Sequence record: MT446415.1
Source of the DNA: Escherichia virus TH44
Length of the DNA: 64,000 nt
Reading direction: 5' to 3' (one strand)
Positions 51,053-61,838 of the stretch are shown here, one piece after another. How positions within the stretch are numbered: the first letter of the stretch is position 1; each line of letters opens with the position of its first letter. Position numbers and translations under genes: made by a program. The notes beneath the pieces are model-generated. The model was not told the DNA's origin. It saw only the letters and a list, made by a program, of their open reading frames with translations, and did no database searches.

Positions 51053-53113
51053 ATGTCTGAACAATTAAATGAACTCTTTGACAAATATATCGAAGCCTTC
51101 GGTTATCCTGTCATTAATATGAATCCAAAATACAAGGTCCCACAGGTTTGGCAATTCGGTGTTCCTGGGACCAATTCTCTTATGGCCCGTTTGATGCAAT
51201 TCACGGGCAAAGAAACAGTTAAACAATATAAACGTGGTGATGCAATTGCCGAGGTATTCCTGCTCTCCGGGACTTCACATGGCCATGCTGTTCCTCTGAA
51301 GGGTGGTCTAGGTGAAAAACCTCTTGATGCGATTAACCTGATTTTTGTTACAGTCTGGGAAAGCATTAAACTAGGCAAACCTGATGTAGTCTTGTTCCGT
51401 TTCCCATCCAAAAAGATGAAAGGACAAGACCAAGCTGTTATTCGTATTATGAATCGACTGATTCAAATGAAAACTAGCGGACGTTATCATGTTCTTCCGA
51501 ATGCTTCTGGCCTCGGTAAAAAGAACGCTTATGTAATTATGTACAAAAAGGGTGTTGACCTGCTTTCGGTTGATGGTATGCCACCGGTCCCTGAGAAATA
51601 TCAAAAAGTTGAAACTAAAGTTGGCGATGTATTCACCAATAAAGATACAGGTGCACAAGTCTCCAAACAAGAAATCGCAGCCGAAGTTCTGATTGATGCA
51701 GCAAACAAAAAGACCGATGCTGCTGTTGCCCAGAAAACTAAAATCAGTCGCCGAGCTATTGCACAAGCCCAGTATGCTCCAAGTGATTCCGTGCCAGACG
51801 GTTGGGACGAAATTGATGCAGAAGCTGCTAAGTTTAGTCGACCGGCTACGGCAGAACTTATCGATGATTATGAAGAACTGGAAATTTTTGTTCGACCTTC
51901 CGAAACGAATACTATGGCTCGTATGCGCGCAGCAGATGAGGCTATGCGAGCAAATGGTGTTTGGAAAGAAGAAATTCGTGTTGAAGACTCTGACCCAATT
52001 TTTAACCGTATGCATCGTGAACTTAAACGTGCCCCTGTTGGCAGTATGAAGCAGATGCAGATTTTTGCCGAATCATGTGCAGAGATTCTTAACCTTCGCA
52101 AAGCTGCATTTATCGAAAGAAAAATGAATGATGCACCTCCTAACCTGGATGCAGCCACTTATGCAGCCTCGCTCTGGGAAAAAGAATACACAAGCGCCAT
52201 TCGTGTTGCAGTTAAAGACTTTGCCGAAGAAGCATCAGAAAATACTCTTAATTTCACAGCAGGGTATACTGACAACCGTTTCCATTATGGCCAGCGAGAA
52301 GCAATCGCAGATTATTGTGGAGCAAACTATGCCGATATTAATAATTATTTGATGGGCAAATATTATGAAGAAGAAGCTGAATTCCTAAATCTAGACAGAG
52401 TTGTCGAAACAATTAAGGAATTGGATTCGGCCTTTGAAATTGGACATAAGTTGCCGCCGAATACAACTCTTTGGCGTGGTCAATATTTAAACGTTCCTAC
52501 ATTTGATAAAATTAAGAAATCTAAATTATTTTATTTCAGGAACTATGTATCAACGTCGTTTAAACCGATTATCTTTGGTGGCTGGGTGGCGAACGTTGCT
52601 ATGGCTGCAGTTCATCAGGACTATCGTGATGGGACATCTTTCCAGGCTGATGACGAAATTGTTTTACCAGATATGCCGGATGCACGCCGCGACCACGTAA
52701 TGATGCATGTTGGTTGGAAAATTTCCGGGGCGGACTTAATTAACGTAATTGTTCCTGGGGAATTGTCGAGCAACCCGTCCGAGCAGGAAGTTATTCTTCC
52801 TCGTGGGACCGTAGTTAAGATTACCAAAATTACTGATGCTTCGTATCAAGGAAACGCGAACGTCAAAATGCTGGAAGCTGATATCCAGACTACGGACCAA
52901 CTGGATGAAAATGCAGTTATCTATGATGGCGATGTGTTGATGGAAACTGGTGAGCTTGTCGTTTATCAGGGCGAGGAACCAGAAGAGCCAGTAGAATCTG
53001 TTGACTTTGCATCGTTTGCATCCTCTGGGGTAACGAAGAAAGTCAATCAAGGTCTTGGTATTCTTGCTAGTTGTATTAATTTGGAAGCTATTCCTCCTAA
53101 ATTCCTTTCGTAG
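51053..53113 (+). CDS. alt: Alt ADP-ribosyltransferase (packaged; modifies host RNA polymerase)
   Basis: 686 aa; size and position as T4 Alt (682 aa). Confidence 0.85.
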   Translation: MSEQLNELFDKYIEAFGYPVINMNPKYKVPQVWQFGVPGTNSLMARLMQFTGKETVKQYKRGDAIAEVFLLSGTSHGHAVPLKGGLGEKPLDAINLIFVTVWESIKLGKPDVVLFRFPSKKMKGQDQAVIRIMNRLIQMKTSGRYHVLPNASGLGKKNAYVIMYKKGVDLLSVDGMPPVPEKYQKVETKVGDVFTNKDTGAQVSKQEIAAEVLIDAANKKTDAAVAQKTKISRRAIAQAQYAPSDSVPDGWDEIDAEAAKFSRPATAELIDDYEELEIFVRPSETNTMARMRAADEAMRANGVWKEEIRVEDSDPIFNRMHRELKRAPVGSMKQMQIFAESCAEILNLRKAAFIERKMNDAPPNLDAATYAASLWEKEYTSAIRVAVKDFAEEASENTLNFTAGYTDNRFHYGQREAIADYCGANYADINNYLMGKYYEEEAEFLNLDRVVETIKELDSAFEIGHKLPPNTTLWRGQYLNVPTFDKIKKSKLFYFRNYVSTSFKPIIFGGWVANVAMAAVHQDYRDGTSFQADDEIVLPDMPDARRDHVMMHVGWKISGADLINVIVPGELSSNPSEQEVILPRGTVVKITKITDASYQGNANVKMLEADIQTTDQLDENAVIYDGDVLMETGELVVYQGEEPEEPVESVDFASFASSGVTKKVNQGLGILASCINLEAIPPKFLS

Positions 53114-53176
53114 GGGTTTACAAGCACAAGGAAGTGCGATACAATGTTCATATCAATTGCACATGAGGAAAACAAA
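53114..53176 (+). promoter_or_regulatory. early promoter (GTTTAC -35)
   Basis: ggGTTTACaagcacaaggaagtgcGATACAATg then gaggaaaacaaaATG. Confidence 0.45.
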
Positions 53177-53467
53177 ATGAAATCATCTTTTCGCTTTAAT
53201 GGTCAGGAACTGGTAGTTGAGAATGTTATCCCGGCTTCAGAAGAGTTTGACAGCGCGGTGGGTAATGAACTGCGGCGCGTGTTTGGTGAAGATAAGAAGT
53301 TTGACCTTCGCCCTGTTGAAAACTTTGTAAATTCTGAACAAACAGAAAATATTTTTAATGGTGTGGTAACTGGGCAACTTGAATCTGAAGCACCAATTGC
53401 AATTACAGTCTTTGCTAAGAAAGAAGTTGTAATGACTGCAGCAGGTTTCATTTCATTCCGCAAATAA
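53177..53467 (+). CDS. hypothetical protein (96 aa)
   Basis: ATG 53177; track ORF 53144 is an upstream extension. Confidence 0.5.
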   Translation: MKSSFRFNGQELVVENVIPASEEFDSAVGNELRRVFGEDKKFDLRPVENFVNSEQTENIFNGVVTGQLESEAPIAITVFAKKEVVMTAAGFISFRK

Positions 53468-53497
53468 AAAAGGGACCTTCGGGTCCCTTTCTTTTTA
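53461..53497. terminator. bidirectional intrinsic terminator at early/late convergence
   Basis: hairpin agggaccttcgggtccct flanked by A-run upstream and T-run downstream; serves plus ORF 53177 and minus gene 54. Confidence 0.6.
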
Positions 53498-54454
53498 TAA
53501 TATACGTTGACTTCCACCAGAGACTGTTCTCCCAGAACCAGTGAACGTATTGTATAGACTTGTTAATCCAGATTGAGCACCAGACAAGCGACTCAATTTA
53601 GCAACTTCTGCGTTCAAGTTGTTATCTGAACTAATACCAGATACACCCTTAATAACCTTATCTTCCAACCATTCCAGTGCAGCAGCTCTTCCCACCGCCC
53701 CAGTTGACATAACGCGATAAGCAAAAGTTACATCAAATGTAGCTATCTGATTATCCCCTTCATAACTCAATTCAGGCGCTGATACACTTACAGGAACACA
53801 ACCAGTTAACATAACAACCGTGTGCGGTAACCCATTACGTGAGTGAAGGTTAACCTGAATATCAGCTTCAACGTCTTCAGGCAAGGCCCTTAGCTGGGTA
53901 ACTGGGTCCTGTACAGAGTTGACCCAATCGTTAAATGCTCTAAAGTTCCCTGCCTCTGAATCCATTCTAAAGCTCAATACCAATGGAGAATATTCTCTCC
54001 CGGTTATCTTGATATTTGGTGCATTATGGTTAAGGTCCATTTCGTAGTTCAATGTGTTATCCGGAAGCTTAACAGAGTGAACTAATAGACCAGCCGTTGG
54101 ATAAGCCATATTAAAGAAATCAAGCAGGTAAGTACCAACCTCAAATTCCCCTAATAACGATTGCACAACACGGTTACTCATTGCCCCGATAAGATATTTG
54201 CTTATCCCTGATTTGCGAATAAGCTTTTGTGTCCCGGCAGTAACAAGAGTTGTTATCCCCTGAGTTAAGTCACCTTGTGTTAATCCGAACCAATCTGAGT
54301 TAACAGGAAGGTTGCTGAATAATGCGCCACCGAACTGGTCCAGAAGATTCTGAGATTTGGAGGAAGGTGTGGTCGCGAAGACCACACTAAAAAGGTTATT
54401 CCTCTGTAAGTCGATATTAATCGCTTGTGTTTGAAATTCTTGTAAAGTAAACAT
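53495..54454 (-). CDS. 54: baseplate tail tube initiator gp54
   Basis: 319 aa; strong similarity to T4 gp54 (QAIN.D.QRNN.FS.VFATTPS, ITTL.TAGTQKLIRKSG.SKYLIGAMS). Confidence 0.9.
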   Translation of the reverse strand: MFTLQEFQTQAINIDLQRNNLFSVVFATTPSSKSQNLLDQFGGALFSNLPVNSDWFGLTQGDLTQGITTLVTAGTQKLIRKSGISKYLIGAMSNRVVQSLLGEFEVGTYLLDFFNMAYPTAGLLVHSVKLPDNTLNYEMDLNHNAPNIKITGREYSPLVLSFRMDSEAGNFRAFNDWVNSVQDPVTQLRALPEDVEADIQVNLHSRNGLPHTVVMLTGCVPVSVSAPELSYEGDNQIATFDVTFAYRVMSTGAVGRAAALEWLEDKVIKGVSGISSDNNLNAEVAKLSRLSGAQSGLTSLYNTFTGSGRTVSGGSQRIL

Positions 54455-55548
54455 TAGAAACCTTCCGCATATAGTGAGCCACGGTTAAGCGTAATGATTT
54501 CACGGAAAGTGATTTCAAGTACAAAAGTCGATGGCAGGTTAGGAGCAATAGCTAATCCACCGAAATGACCATCCGGAGATTTATCAAATCTTATGCTCTG
54601 AATCTGACATGGCCCAAATAGCTCCCCACGGCCATCGTATGAGCTTGTATCACCGAAGTTGCGGATATACCAGATGGTAGGGTTAGAGACCACCAGAACG
54701 TTCGTTAGGAAGCTTGTTATCTCTTCACCGAGCAACTTGCCGTCAAAGTTATCGATTGCTTCTTTTTTGAAGGTGGATTTATACCATGTATCGATTTTTT
54801 CTTTCAGCTCGGAAGCAAACGAACTTTTACCAGTTTCCCCATAAGAGTAATAGTTAAAAATCTCATATATCTTCACTATCTGGATTAAGTCTTGTGCCGA
54901 GCGTGGAGTCATTTCCCAGGTATAAACTTTTGTCCTGTTATCCGGGCCAGCATACATACTTCGTGCGGTTGTGTAAATCTGTTCGCCATGGTCAGCCATT
55001 ACACCGTTTGTAACTGATTCGAGTGCGCCGAAAACTGCAGTCGATGCGATGTTACTAAGAATACCTGTAGCTGAGCCGCCACCTTTCGTAATAAGAGATT
55101 CACCAACATCGTTGAATCGGTGCGATACAGATTCTACATCAGACTTCGAACGAGGCAACAGGATATTTGCAACAGCGTTTGAATCAAAACTTTTACCTGT
55201 TGAGCCAGCGCCGGTTAATTTCGATTTAGCAAAAGATGTTAAACTTTTAACCGGGTTAAATGAAGCACCATTGGAAACTTTCTTTAATGAAGTCAATTGG
55301 CTTGACCTGTCTGAGCGTAATTCCGGAGATGTTCTTGAACTGAAATTGTATGCCGTGAATAACAGACCATTTTTATAAAGGTCATTAACTCGCATATCAT
55401 CTGAAGAATCATTACCGGAAGCTCGTTCTGCTGGATATTGCGCCACAATAGTAGCTTGAGTCTGGGCAGCTTTTGACTGCCCAGCGGAGGTCTTAGAACC
55501 TCCGTTAAATAAACCCGCAATATCAATATCGAGTTCTTTTACTTTCAT
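54454..55548 (-). CDS. 48: baseplate tail tube cap gp48
   Basis: 364 aa, same as T4 gp48; synteny 29-48-54. Confidence 0.85.
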   Translation of the reverse strand: MKVKELDIDIAGLFNGGSKTSAGQSKAAQTQATIVAQYPAERASGNDSSDDMRVNDLYKNGLLFTAYNFSSRTSPELRSDRSSQLTSLKKVSNGASFNPVKSLTSFAKSKLTGAGSTGKSFDSNAVANILLPRSKSDVESVSHRFNDVGESLITKGGGSATGILSNIASTAVFGALESVTNGVMADHGEQIYTTARSMYAGPDNRTKVYTWEMTPRSAQDLIQIVKIYEIFNYYSYGETGKSSFASELKEKIDTWYKSTFKKEAIDNFDGKLLGEEITSFLTNVLVVSNPTIWYIRNFGDTSSYDGRGELFGPCQIQSIRFDKSPDGHFGGLAIAPNLPSTFVLEITFREIITLNRGSLYAEGF

Positions 55549-55556
55549 GTTATTCC

Positions 55557-57302
55557 TTAGTTAATTCTCGTGGCCTGTCTCATGCCAGGGGCAGGGGTTG
55601 AACTTTGAGGAGGCATATTGTATTGCGTCCTGGAAGTCTTCTGAATATTATTGACCGTGTTAATTTGTGCCTGAGTTGGTGCATCCTTGTATTTATTTTC
55701 TTTGGCCTTCATGCCTTCGTCAACCTTCGCGGCTTGTTGTGCATCCGGAGAAGTCTTAACATCCGGCGGTTTAACTTTCGGTTCGTCTTTGAACTTCTCG
55801 AGAGACTTATCAAGTTTTTCCAACAGGGCGCGCATATTCAGGTCTTTCGGAGCTCCACCTTTTGCCATAGCTGGGTCAGCTAATTGTTTTTCAATGTTAG
55901 CTCTCATTTCCATCGCATTCTTTTTATCGGTTGCGTCTGGCTTCATTAGGTTGTCAGCAGTTTGGGTCAAACGAATAATATCAGCCTGTGCTTTGTCACG
56001 CTTCTTGAAATAGTCCAGACGTTCTTCTTCCGGAAGGTCTCTGAAGCTTGTGTCAATACCGCCCGCGCGAAGCTGGTCAGCTTGTTCCTTGGTAAGGTTA
56101 CCATATTTTTCGGCTTGATTAATTAGTTCAGGTTTATCCTTATACTTCTTATTCATCTTCTCCGCAGCTTCCAATGCTTCGGCCGAACGTTTGTCATGAT
56201 ATTTTGCTATCTTGGTTTGGTCTTCATCATCCAGAGTTGCCCCTGTATTTTGCTGATAAGACATCAAAGCTGAGGCTTCCACATTATCGGCTAAATCGCC
56301 CATCCCGGGGATTTTGCTTAAGATAGCTGAAATCAGTTTCGAAATCCCAAGCATAAGAAGTTGAGCCATGTTCTTCGTTAAGTTGACCATCCCGCGGATA
56401 ATAGCTTCAGCTAATCCCAACCAGTTCCTTTCACTAAACATCGCTTCGGCGTTCTTAGCCCAGGTCATTAGTCCTTCAAGCAACGGTCCCCATTCTTTGA
56501 ACTTATCATTAAATTCGGCCCATCCTTTTTCGAATTGCTTCATGAAATATTGGAAGTAAACTCGTATCGCATCGATACCGAATACCAACAACAATAATCC
56601 ACCAATAAGCTTGGCTGCTTCGGCTGCTGCCGTAATTGTATATTTGAACAACATTCCGGAGATTCGGTCAGCAACAGAAACCGATGCCTTAAATCCTTTT
56701 TCGGTTATCTTCGAAAGGGTATCAAGCTTATCGCCAAGTGACCAGGTATTAGTCTCTTTACCTTCTGCATCGGTTTTTGGCTGTTCTGGTTCTGGAATGA
56801 AGTCAGCGTCGGGTTTTTGTTCTTCAGGCGGTATGAGCTCTGGAACGCTCGCTGTGGGCTTATTCTCTTCAGGCTCTGGTAGTGCATCCTCCACGGGTTT
56901 AAGGCTTTCAGAACCAGCCACAGGAGACGTGACGCCTAGTTTACCGCTTATCATTGCACTGAGTTTGTCGAGCTTATCCGAGAGAATATCCGTGAGGTTT
57001 TTAATCCCTTGTTGAGTCTTCTCGGTGGCTTCGGCCGTCAGTTCAACCCCAGCACTGATATCCTGGAGGACTCCATTGTTGGTCTGGATATTCTCAATAA
57101 TCTGATTGCCCTTATCCTCAATAGCTTCGGACACAAGTTCGGTTGCAGCTTGAGTATTTGTAAGAGTCGTATTCAGATTCGATAGTTCGTCATTCTGTTC
57201 AGCAGAGAGGGCTTCTGCCCTCCTTTGTGGTGCTAATTCTTCGATAAGCTTTTTATTAGGTCCACCGCGTCTGAAGCTTGTTTGTTCGGAGTTCTTATTC
57301 AT
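55557..57302 (-). CDS. 29: baseplate hub / tail length tape measure gp29
   Basis: 581 aa; size and position as T4 gp29. Confidence 0.8.
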   Translation of the reverse strand: MNKNSEQTSFRRGGPNKKLIEELAPQRRAEALSAEQNDELSNLNTTLTNTQAATELVSEAIEDKGNQIIENIQTNNGVLQDISAGVELTAEATEKTQQGIKNLTDILSDKLDKLSAMISGKLGVTSPVAGSESLKPVEDALPEPEENKPTASVPELIPPEEQKPDADFIPEPEQPKTDAEGKETNTWSLGDKLDTLSKITEKGFKASVSVADRISGMLFKYTITAAAEAAKLIGGLLLLVFGIDAIRVYFQYFMKQFEKGWAEFNDKFKEWGPLLEGLMTWAKNAEAMFSERNWLGLAEAIIRGMVNLTKNMAQLLMLGISKLISAILSKIPGMGDLADNVEASALMSYQQNTGATLDDEDQTKIAKYHDKRSAEALEAAEKMNKKYKDKPELINQAEKYGNLTKEQADQLRAGGIDTSFRDLPEEERLDYFKKRDKAQADIIRLTQTADNLMKPDATDKKNAMEMRANIEKQLADPAMAKGGAPKDLNMRALLEKLDKSLEKFKDEPKVKPPDVKTSPDAQQAAKVDEGMKAKENKYKDAPTQAQINTVNNIQKTSRTQYNMPPQSSTPAPGMRQATRIN

Positions 57303-57813
57303 TTAGGAGTTCCATTATTTTCAGTAACCCCTTAACAGGACCATTTGGACCCGGGATTGCTAATGTGCTTGTGATATCGTCTGCCCACTTAGCAACAAAA
57401 GCAGGCATATCCAGAAAGTCTGGAACATCTTCCCCGAGATAAAGGGTCTCCAGGAGATTGTCAACTGGTCCGAATTCTTCATACGGTTTATTGGAGCGGA
57501 ATTTAAATGTCTTTCCTTGATAAGAGAATTCAAGGCGCTGACAGATATAAACATCATCCAGCTTATATGTAAATCCATTAATCTCGCGTTTGTCTTTTAG
57601 CTTACCATTGAATTCCAGAAGATGTAAAGATACAAAGTCGGATTCGGCTGCTGTAAGATTAGGGAATATCGATTGCATAATCTTTCTTAATGCCGCATAA
57701 GGGTTAGCTTCGTTTTTAATCAGATTGTGGTGCTTAAGTCCAAGCTTAGGAACGTGAATCTCTTTATCACCCAGCTGTATTTTCTTCGTCGGCAGAATCA
57801 GTTTTAAGTTCAT
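57295..57813 (-). CDS. 28: baseplate distal hub subunit gp28
   Basis: start MNLKLIL as in T4 gp28 MKLIL; overlaps gp27 3' end by about 47 nt. Confidence 0.75.
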   Translation of the reverse strand: MNLKLILPTKKIQLGDKEIHVPKLGLKHHNLIKNEANPYAALRKIMQSIFPNLTAAESDFVSLHLLEFNGKLKDKREINGFTYKLDDVYICQRLEFSYQGKTFKFRSNKPYEEFGPVDNLLETLYLGEDVPDFLDMPAFVAKWADDITSTLAIPGPNGPVKGLLKIMELLNE

Positions 57814-58936
57814 TTTTAACCTTCGGTGGTTCTTCAACTTCGATAGGCTTACCATTGGTAAACATATAGAGGTTTGTAATTGATGTATTGTTACTCACTT
57901 CATGAATAACTTCGTCTACGTAAAAATCATATTTGAATTGGTTCTTAGGGTCAAAGAAATTTATCTTATCACCCGGGGTCAGTTCAAAGTTCCCGTATGT
58001 TTTGCAATGCGCGTAACCGTCATATTGTGACATGGTTATCAATCGTTGTGCTTCCTCGAAACCATTTCGGTATGTATAATCTGCATAGCCACCGGAACGA
58101 GATACCAGAATACTGTTTTGACCTTCCCCAAAAGTTATTCTGGTTGCGTTCTTATCAAGGAATGAATGCGCATACACGGTTGCGTTTTCGTATGGTTTTC
58201 TTGTGTGTTGGTTTGCCTTTGTTAACCATTCAAAATCGAAGGCTAAAGGAGTAGTCAGGTTTTGTACAAATTGACCAACCAATCGAGGTTCCCCCACCAC
58301 AAAATTAATTGGCTCTTGTGATGTTAACCATTCATAATCCTGGATACTTATCCCATCAATATCTTCCCATACAAAAACAAATTTATCAGTTTCTACCGAC
58401 AGGCCAACTTCCCTTATGAATTCCATATATTGGTTCATCGAATCACACCATGGAACGTTAGGAGCATAAACGTTTATGCCGTTTATTGGTGGGGAAAGTA
58501 ATGGTCTATCTTGATAAATTACCCCGGTCATTTCGACTAATGTTTCCTGTACGCTCGGGTAAAACATACGACTAAATTTCAAGTCTTCAATTTCGTGAAT
58601 AGGAGCCAACTGAATTGTAATTATGTTATCACCCTTTGAATCCACGGAAACAGCAAAGTGCTTACTTCCATATATTCTGGATTGGGTTCGGTCAGAGTTG
58701 GCATTCTTAACGGAAATCTGAATAACCTGTTCACCATTCATTTTTGTATGCAGGTTTTTCGTATCATAGAATTGCAAGAGCCCCTCGTTTCTTCCATAAA
58801 GGGAATCACGCATGGTTAACGTTGTAAAGGTAGCAGCTAGTTCCACAAAACGGTGCTCAAGCCATGCATCATAATCTTCGTAAAGGCGGATGCTGATATT
58901 AGGAAAGCCTTCGCGCTGCATAGATTTAACTGTCAT
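57767..58936 (-). CDS. 27: baseplate hub subunit gp27
   Basis: 389 aa vs T4 391 aa; synteny. Confidence 0.85.
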   Translation of the reverse strand: MTVKSMQREGFPNISIRLYEDYDAWLEHRFVELAATFTTLTMRDSLYGRNEGLLQFYDTKNLHTKMNGEQVIQISVKNANSDRTQSRIYGSKHFAVSVDSKGDNIITIQLAPIHEIEDLKFSRMFYPSVQETLVEMTGVIYQDRPLLSPPINGINVYAPNVPWCDSMNQYMEFIREVGLSVETDKFVFVWEDIDGISIQDYEWLTSQEPINFVVGEPRLVGQFVQNLTTPLAFDFEWLTKANQHTRKPYENATVYAHSFLDKNATRITFGEGQNSILVSRSGGYADYTYRNGFEEAQRLITMSQYDGYAHCKTYGNFELTPGDKINFFDPKNQFKYDFYVDEVIHEVSNNTSITNLYMFTNGKPIEVEEPPKVKNELKTDSADEENTAG

Positions 58937-59685
58937 TTTTTCAAGTCCTTCTCAACTAGTGATAAAGCAATACCCCGTTCAATAGGAATCATATGCATGA
59001 TGCTATCCAGCGAATATTGATTCTTTACCAGCAAGTGGTTAATTTGATAAAATACAAAGACTTCATCCGGGTTAAGGATAAGCTTAAAGACGTCAAGCAG
59101 GTCAGTATATTCGGTTTTGTGCTTTTCACAACAGCCATATGTAAATGGAATATAAACTGAATGCATTTTCTTAAGGAGCTCTTCGAGGCTCTCTATATCA
59201 ATTGCATCAATAACCTGCATCTTCGTTTCTTCAGGAAGGTCTTCCCAATTGTATTTTTGTTCCGAGTCTTCGACAGTCTGGATGGTGTTTAGAACAAGCT
59301 CCGACTTATCTTTATATTCCACTTCGGGGAACTTAAATTGTATTTTTATCCCGGCGGTTTCCATTGTCGGATTTATCAATGGACCTTGACTCATATTAAA
59401 CAAAGTCTGCTTTGTCTTTTTACATTTTTGACATTCGAACGCTACCGGGACTTTTGTCTTACCTATAGAGGAAGTGAATACCTTCAGGAATATGTAAGGC
59501 CTCCATGCTTTTGGATACTCTCCAAAATAATCTTCCAACAGTTCGTCTAATAATTGTTTTTGTTCTTCGACGGGTTTGTTGTTCATGTCGTTTCGCACAA
59601 GCAGTAAATCACGGTAATCAGCGACTGTAAACGGTTTGAAACGATGAACTCCGTCTGGCATTTCACATCTTACGATATTGGCCAT
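58933..59685 (-). CDS. 51: baseplate hub assembly catalyst gp51
   Basis: 250 aa; strong similarity to T4 gp51 ([40 protein letters not shown]). Confidence 0.9.
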   Translation of the reverse strand: MANIVRCEMPDGVHRFKPFTVADYRDLLLVRNDMNNKPVEEQKQLLDELLEDYFGEYPKAWRPYIFLKVFTSSIGKTKVPVAFECQKCKKTKQTLFNMSQGPLINPTMETAGIKIQFKFPEVEYKDKSELVLNTIQTVEDSEQKYNWEDLPEETKMQVIDAIDIESLEELLKKMHSVYIPFTYGCCEKHKTEYTDLLDVFKLILNPDEVFVFYQINHLLVKNQYSLDSIMHMIPIERGIALSLVEKDLKK

Positions 59686-59709
59686 AGAATCCCCTTTTAT
59701 CTTTATTGA

Positions 59710-59717
59710 TATTTATA
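59710..59717 (-). promoter_or_regulatory. late promoter TATAAATA for gene 51 operon
   Basis: minus-strand TATAAATA 25 nt upstream of gp51 start; overlaps plus-strand late promoter. Confidence 0.55.
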
Positions 59718-59721
59718 AATA
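59714..59721 (+). promoter_or_regulatory. late promoter TATAAATA for genes 26-25
   Basis: exact TATAAATA 17 nt upstream of gp26 ATG. Confidence 0.55.
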
Positions 59722-59738
59722 CAGTAAAGGAGCAAATT

Positions 59739-60362
59739 ATGACTTATGAATTTATTGTCCAAATTAAAAATAAAACTATAAATTGTAGGGCTTTTACCTT
59801 GCGCGAATATAAAGATTTGCTTCAGGCAAAATTAGAAAAGCGCATGGAACCTGCAATAATTGAACTGCTTAATAAATGCACTGATGCTAAAGGGTTAAAC
59901 AAACAGGAAGCTGAACTGCTTCTTATTAATCTCTGGGCAAATAGTCTCGGAGCTGTTAATGTCGAGCATACATGGGTATGCGAGTGTGGAAAGGAACAAG
60001 ATATTCCTGTGACTATAAGTCGTGCAAGCATCGTGGATGAGTCTGAAGTTATTCGCGATTTCGGAGCATTTAAAATTAAATTCCGTTATCCTGGACTATT
60101 TGAAGACGGTGATAAAGGAAAAATGATTGCTTGTTGTATCGAATATATTATCACGGAAGGTGGTGAGCGCATCGTTGTTGATGACTTAAATGAAGCTGAA
60201 ATCGAGGACCTGTACAATGCAATTACCCTCGATGATATAAATGCACTAACAGAAGAACTTCTCAAGCCACAGGTCCAAATGGCTATTCCTATCTCTTGCG
60301 AGTGTGGAGCACATTCTGTCCATGTAATTAAGGGGCTTAAAGAATTCTTTAAGTTTATGTAA
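59739..60362 (+). CDS. 26: baseplate hub subunit gp26
   Basis: 207 aa from MTYEF; position between 51 and 25; ATG follows aaaggagcaaatt SD. Confidence 0.8.
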   Translation: MTYEFIVQIKNKTINCRAFTLREYKDLLQAKLEKRMEPAIIELLNKCTDAKGLNKQEAELLLINLWANSLGAVNVEHTWVCECGKEQDIPVTISRASIVDESEVIRDFGAFKIKFRYPGLFEDGDKGKMIACCIEYIITEGGERIVVDDLNEAEIEDLYNAITLDDINALTEELLKPQVQMAIPISCECGAHSVHVIKGLKEFFKFM

Positions 60363-60752
60363 ATGAATATAAACAAAATGTATAGCGATGTGTCTCCCGA
60401 CTTATCTACAAGTTGGGATAAAGACGTTGCTAAAGTAACCGGTGCAAGGTCTGTTAAGAACAGCCTTCTGGGAATAATCACCACAAGAAAAGGGTCAAGA
60501 CCTTTTATGCCTGAATTTGGATGTGATATAAGTAATCAGCTTTTTGAGAATATCACTCCATTAATCACAGATACCATTAAACGCAACATCGTCTCCGCGG
60601 TGCGGAACTTTGAACCAAGGATAAGCAATCTACAAGTTGCAGTTGTCCCTATGTATGATGATAACTCCATTATCGTAACAGTTCAGTTCAGCATTGTTGA
60701 TGACCCTGATACCCTCGAACAAATCAGGATTCAGCTAAGTCAAAACGGTTAA
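60363..60752 (+). CDS. 25: baseplate wedge protein gp25
   Basis: 129 aa; size and position as T4 gp25 (132 aa). Confidence 0.85.
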   Translation: MNINKMYSDVSPDLSTSWDKDVAKVTGARSVKNSLLGIITTRKGSRPFMPEFGCDISNQLFENITPLITDTIKRNIVSAVRNFEPRISNLQVAVVPMYDDNSIIVTVQFSIVDDPDTLEQIRIQLSQNG

Positions 60753-60778
60753 TGCTTTAATTTTATGGCTGTATAATG
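60752..60778 (+). promoter_or_regulatory. MotA-dependent middle promoter for uvsY
   Basis: aaTGCTTTA (MotA box 60752-60760), 12-nt spacer, TATAAT 60773-60778. Confidence 0.6.
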
Positions 60779-60805
60779 GTTCTAGACCCTTACATTGGAT
60801 ACATT

Positions 60806-61240
60806 ATGAAAACAGAGATTGAATATAAGTTAGAAGTCTTTCAGGATGAGTTGGATGCAGATTTAAAAATTGATGGTACACAACTCCAATATGAAACACA
60901 AAACAACGTTTTGTTGCATAGCAAATGGTTGAGATTGTATACTAACTGCAAGAAAGAAATAATGCGTCTTGAGATTCAGAAGAAAACTGCACTGAAAAAA
61001 CGACTAGACCATTATACAGGAAGGGGAGACCCGGGGGAAGAAGTATGCATGGATGTATACGAGAAGTCAGAATTGAAAACAGTCATGGCCGCGGATTCAA
61101 GTGTATTGAAGATTGATACTTCAATTCAGTATTGGGCATTGCTCCAGGACTTCTGTAGCGCTGCATTAGATGGTGTTAAGTCACGAAGTTTCGCACTTAA
61201 ACATATGTTAGAAATAAGACAATTCGAGGCGGGCAAGTAA
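60806..61240 (+). CDS. uvsY: recombination mediator UvsY
   Basis: strong similarity to T4 UvsY (QLQYE..NNV.L.SKWL, L.I..QKK.ALK.RLD.Y.GRGD, YEKSE.KTV, LQDFCS.ALD..KSR.FA.KH). Confidence 0.9.
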   Translation: MKTEIEYKLEVFQDELDADLKIDGTQLQYETQNNVLLHSKWLRLYTNCKKEIMRLEIQKKTALKKRLDHYTGRGDPGEEVCMDVYEKSELKTVMAADSSVLKIDTSIQYWALLQDFCSAALDGVKSRSFALKHMLEIRQFEAGK

Positions 61241-61473
61241 TGCGATATTCTATCGACGATGCGTTTAACCAAGACGAAGAGTTCGAAGAAGAAATTAAGT
61301 ATATGATGAAGGAATGGAAATTGAATCGTGCAGATATTCGTATCTGCGCTGACCACCCTTGTGGTGAAGATGTTATCTATGTTAAAGGTAAATTTGCAGG
61401 ATACATCGATGATGCGTTCTATTCTCACAATATGGGAATAGATACCGGTATGAGATACTTTAAGGAAAATTAA
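61240..61473 (+). CDS. hypothetical protein (77 aa)
   Basis: ORF overlapping uvsY stop. Confidence 0.5.
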   Translation: MRYSIDDAFNQDEEFEEEIKYMMKEWKLNRADIRICADHPCGEDVIYVKGKFAGYIDDAFYSHNMGIDTGMRYFKEN

Positions 61474-61584
61474 ATGAAAAATATTAGTAAGATTCTCGAC
61501 GAGATGGTTATCTCTGCAAACCGAATAACTGAAATTGTTAATGAGATGAAAGCTCGTGCTGCTATTATGAAGAGCACTAAATAG
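61474..61584 (+). CDS. small hypothetical protein (36 aa)
   Basis: ATG directly after previous stop. Confidence 0.3.
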   Translation: MKNISKILDEMVISANRITEIVNEMKARAAIMKSTK

Positions 61585-61612
61585 ATATGTAAGTTTAACT
61601 GAGGAGACAATC

Positions 61613-61780
61613 ATGTCAGATAAGATTTGTGTTGTCTGTAAAACTCCAATCGATTCTGCATTGGTTGTGGATACAGACCAAGGTCCGGTGCATCCGGGCG
61701 CATGTTATAATTATGTTCAGAGTTTGCCAGTTACGGAAAATACAGAAGAGCAACTGAACGAGACCCAACTTTTAATTTAG
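61613..61780 (+). CDS. small Cys-containing protein (55 aa)
   Basis: ATG after gaggagacaatc SD; CVVC ... GAC motif. Confidence 0.35.
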   Translation: MSDKICVVCKTPIDSALVVDTDQGPVHPGACYNYVQSLPVTENTEEQLNETQLLI

Positions 61781-61805
61781 CTAGTGTTGTTAACCATTTT
61801 TGGTT

Positions 61806-61838
61806 TTGCCCCTTCCTTTTGGTTGGGGCCTTTTTATT
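61806..61838 (+). terminator. terminator-like hairpin gcccc...ggggcc + T-run
   Basis: GC inverted repeat followed by tttttattt between convergent plus ORFs and uvsW.1. Confidence 0.4.
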
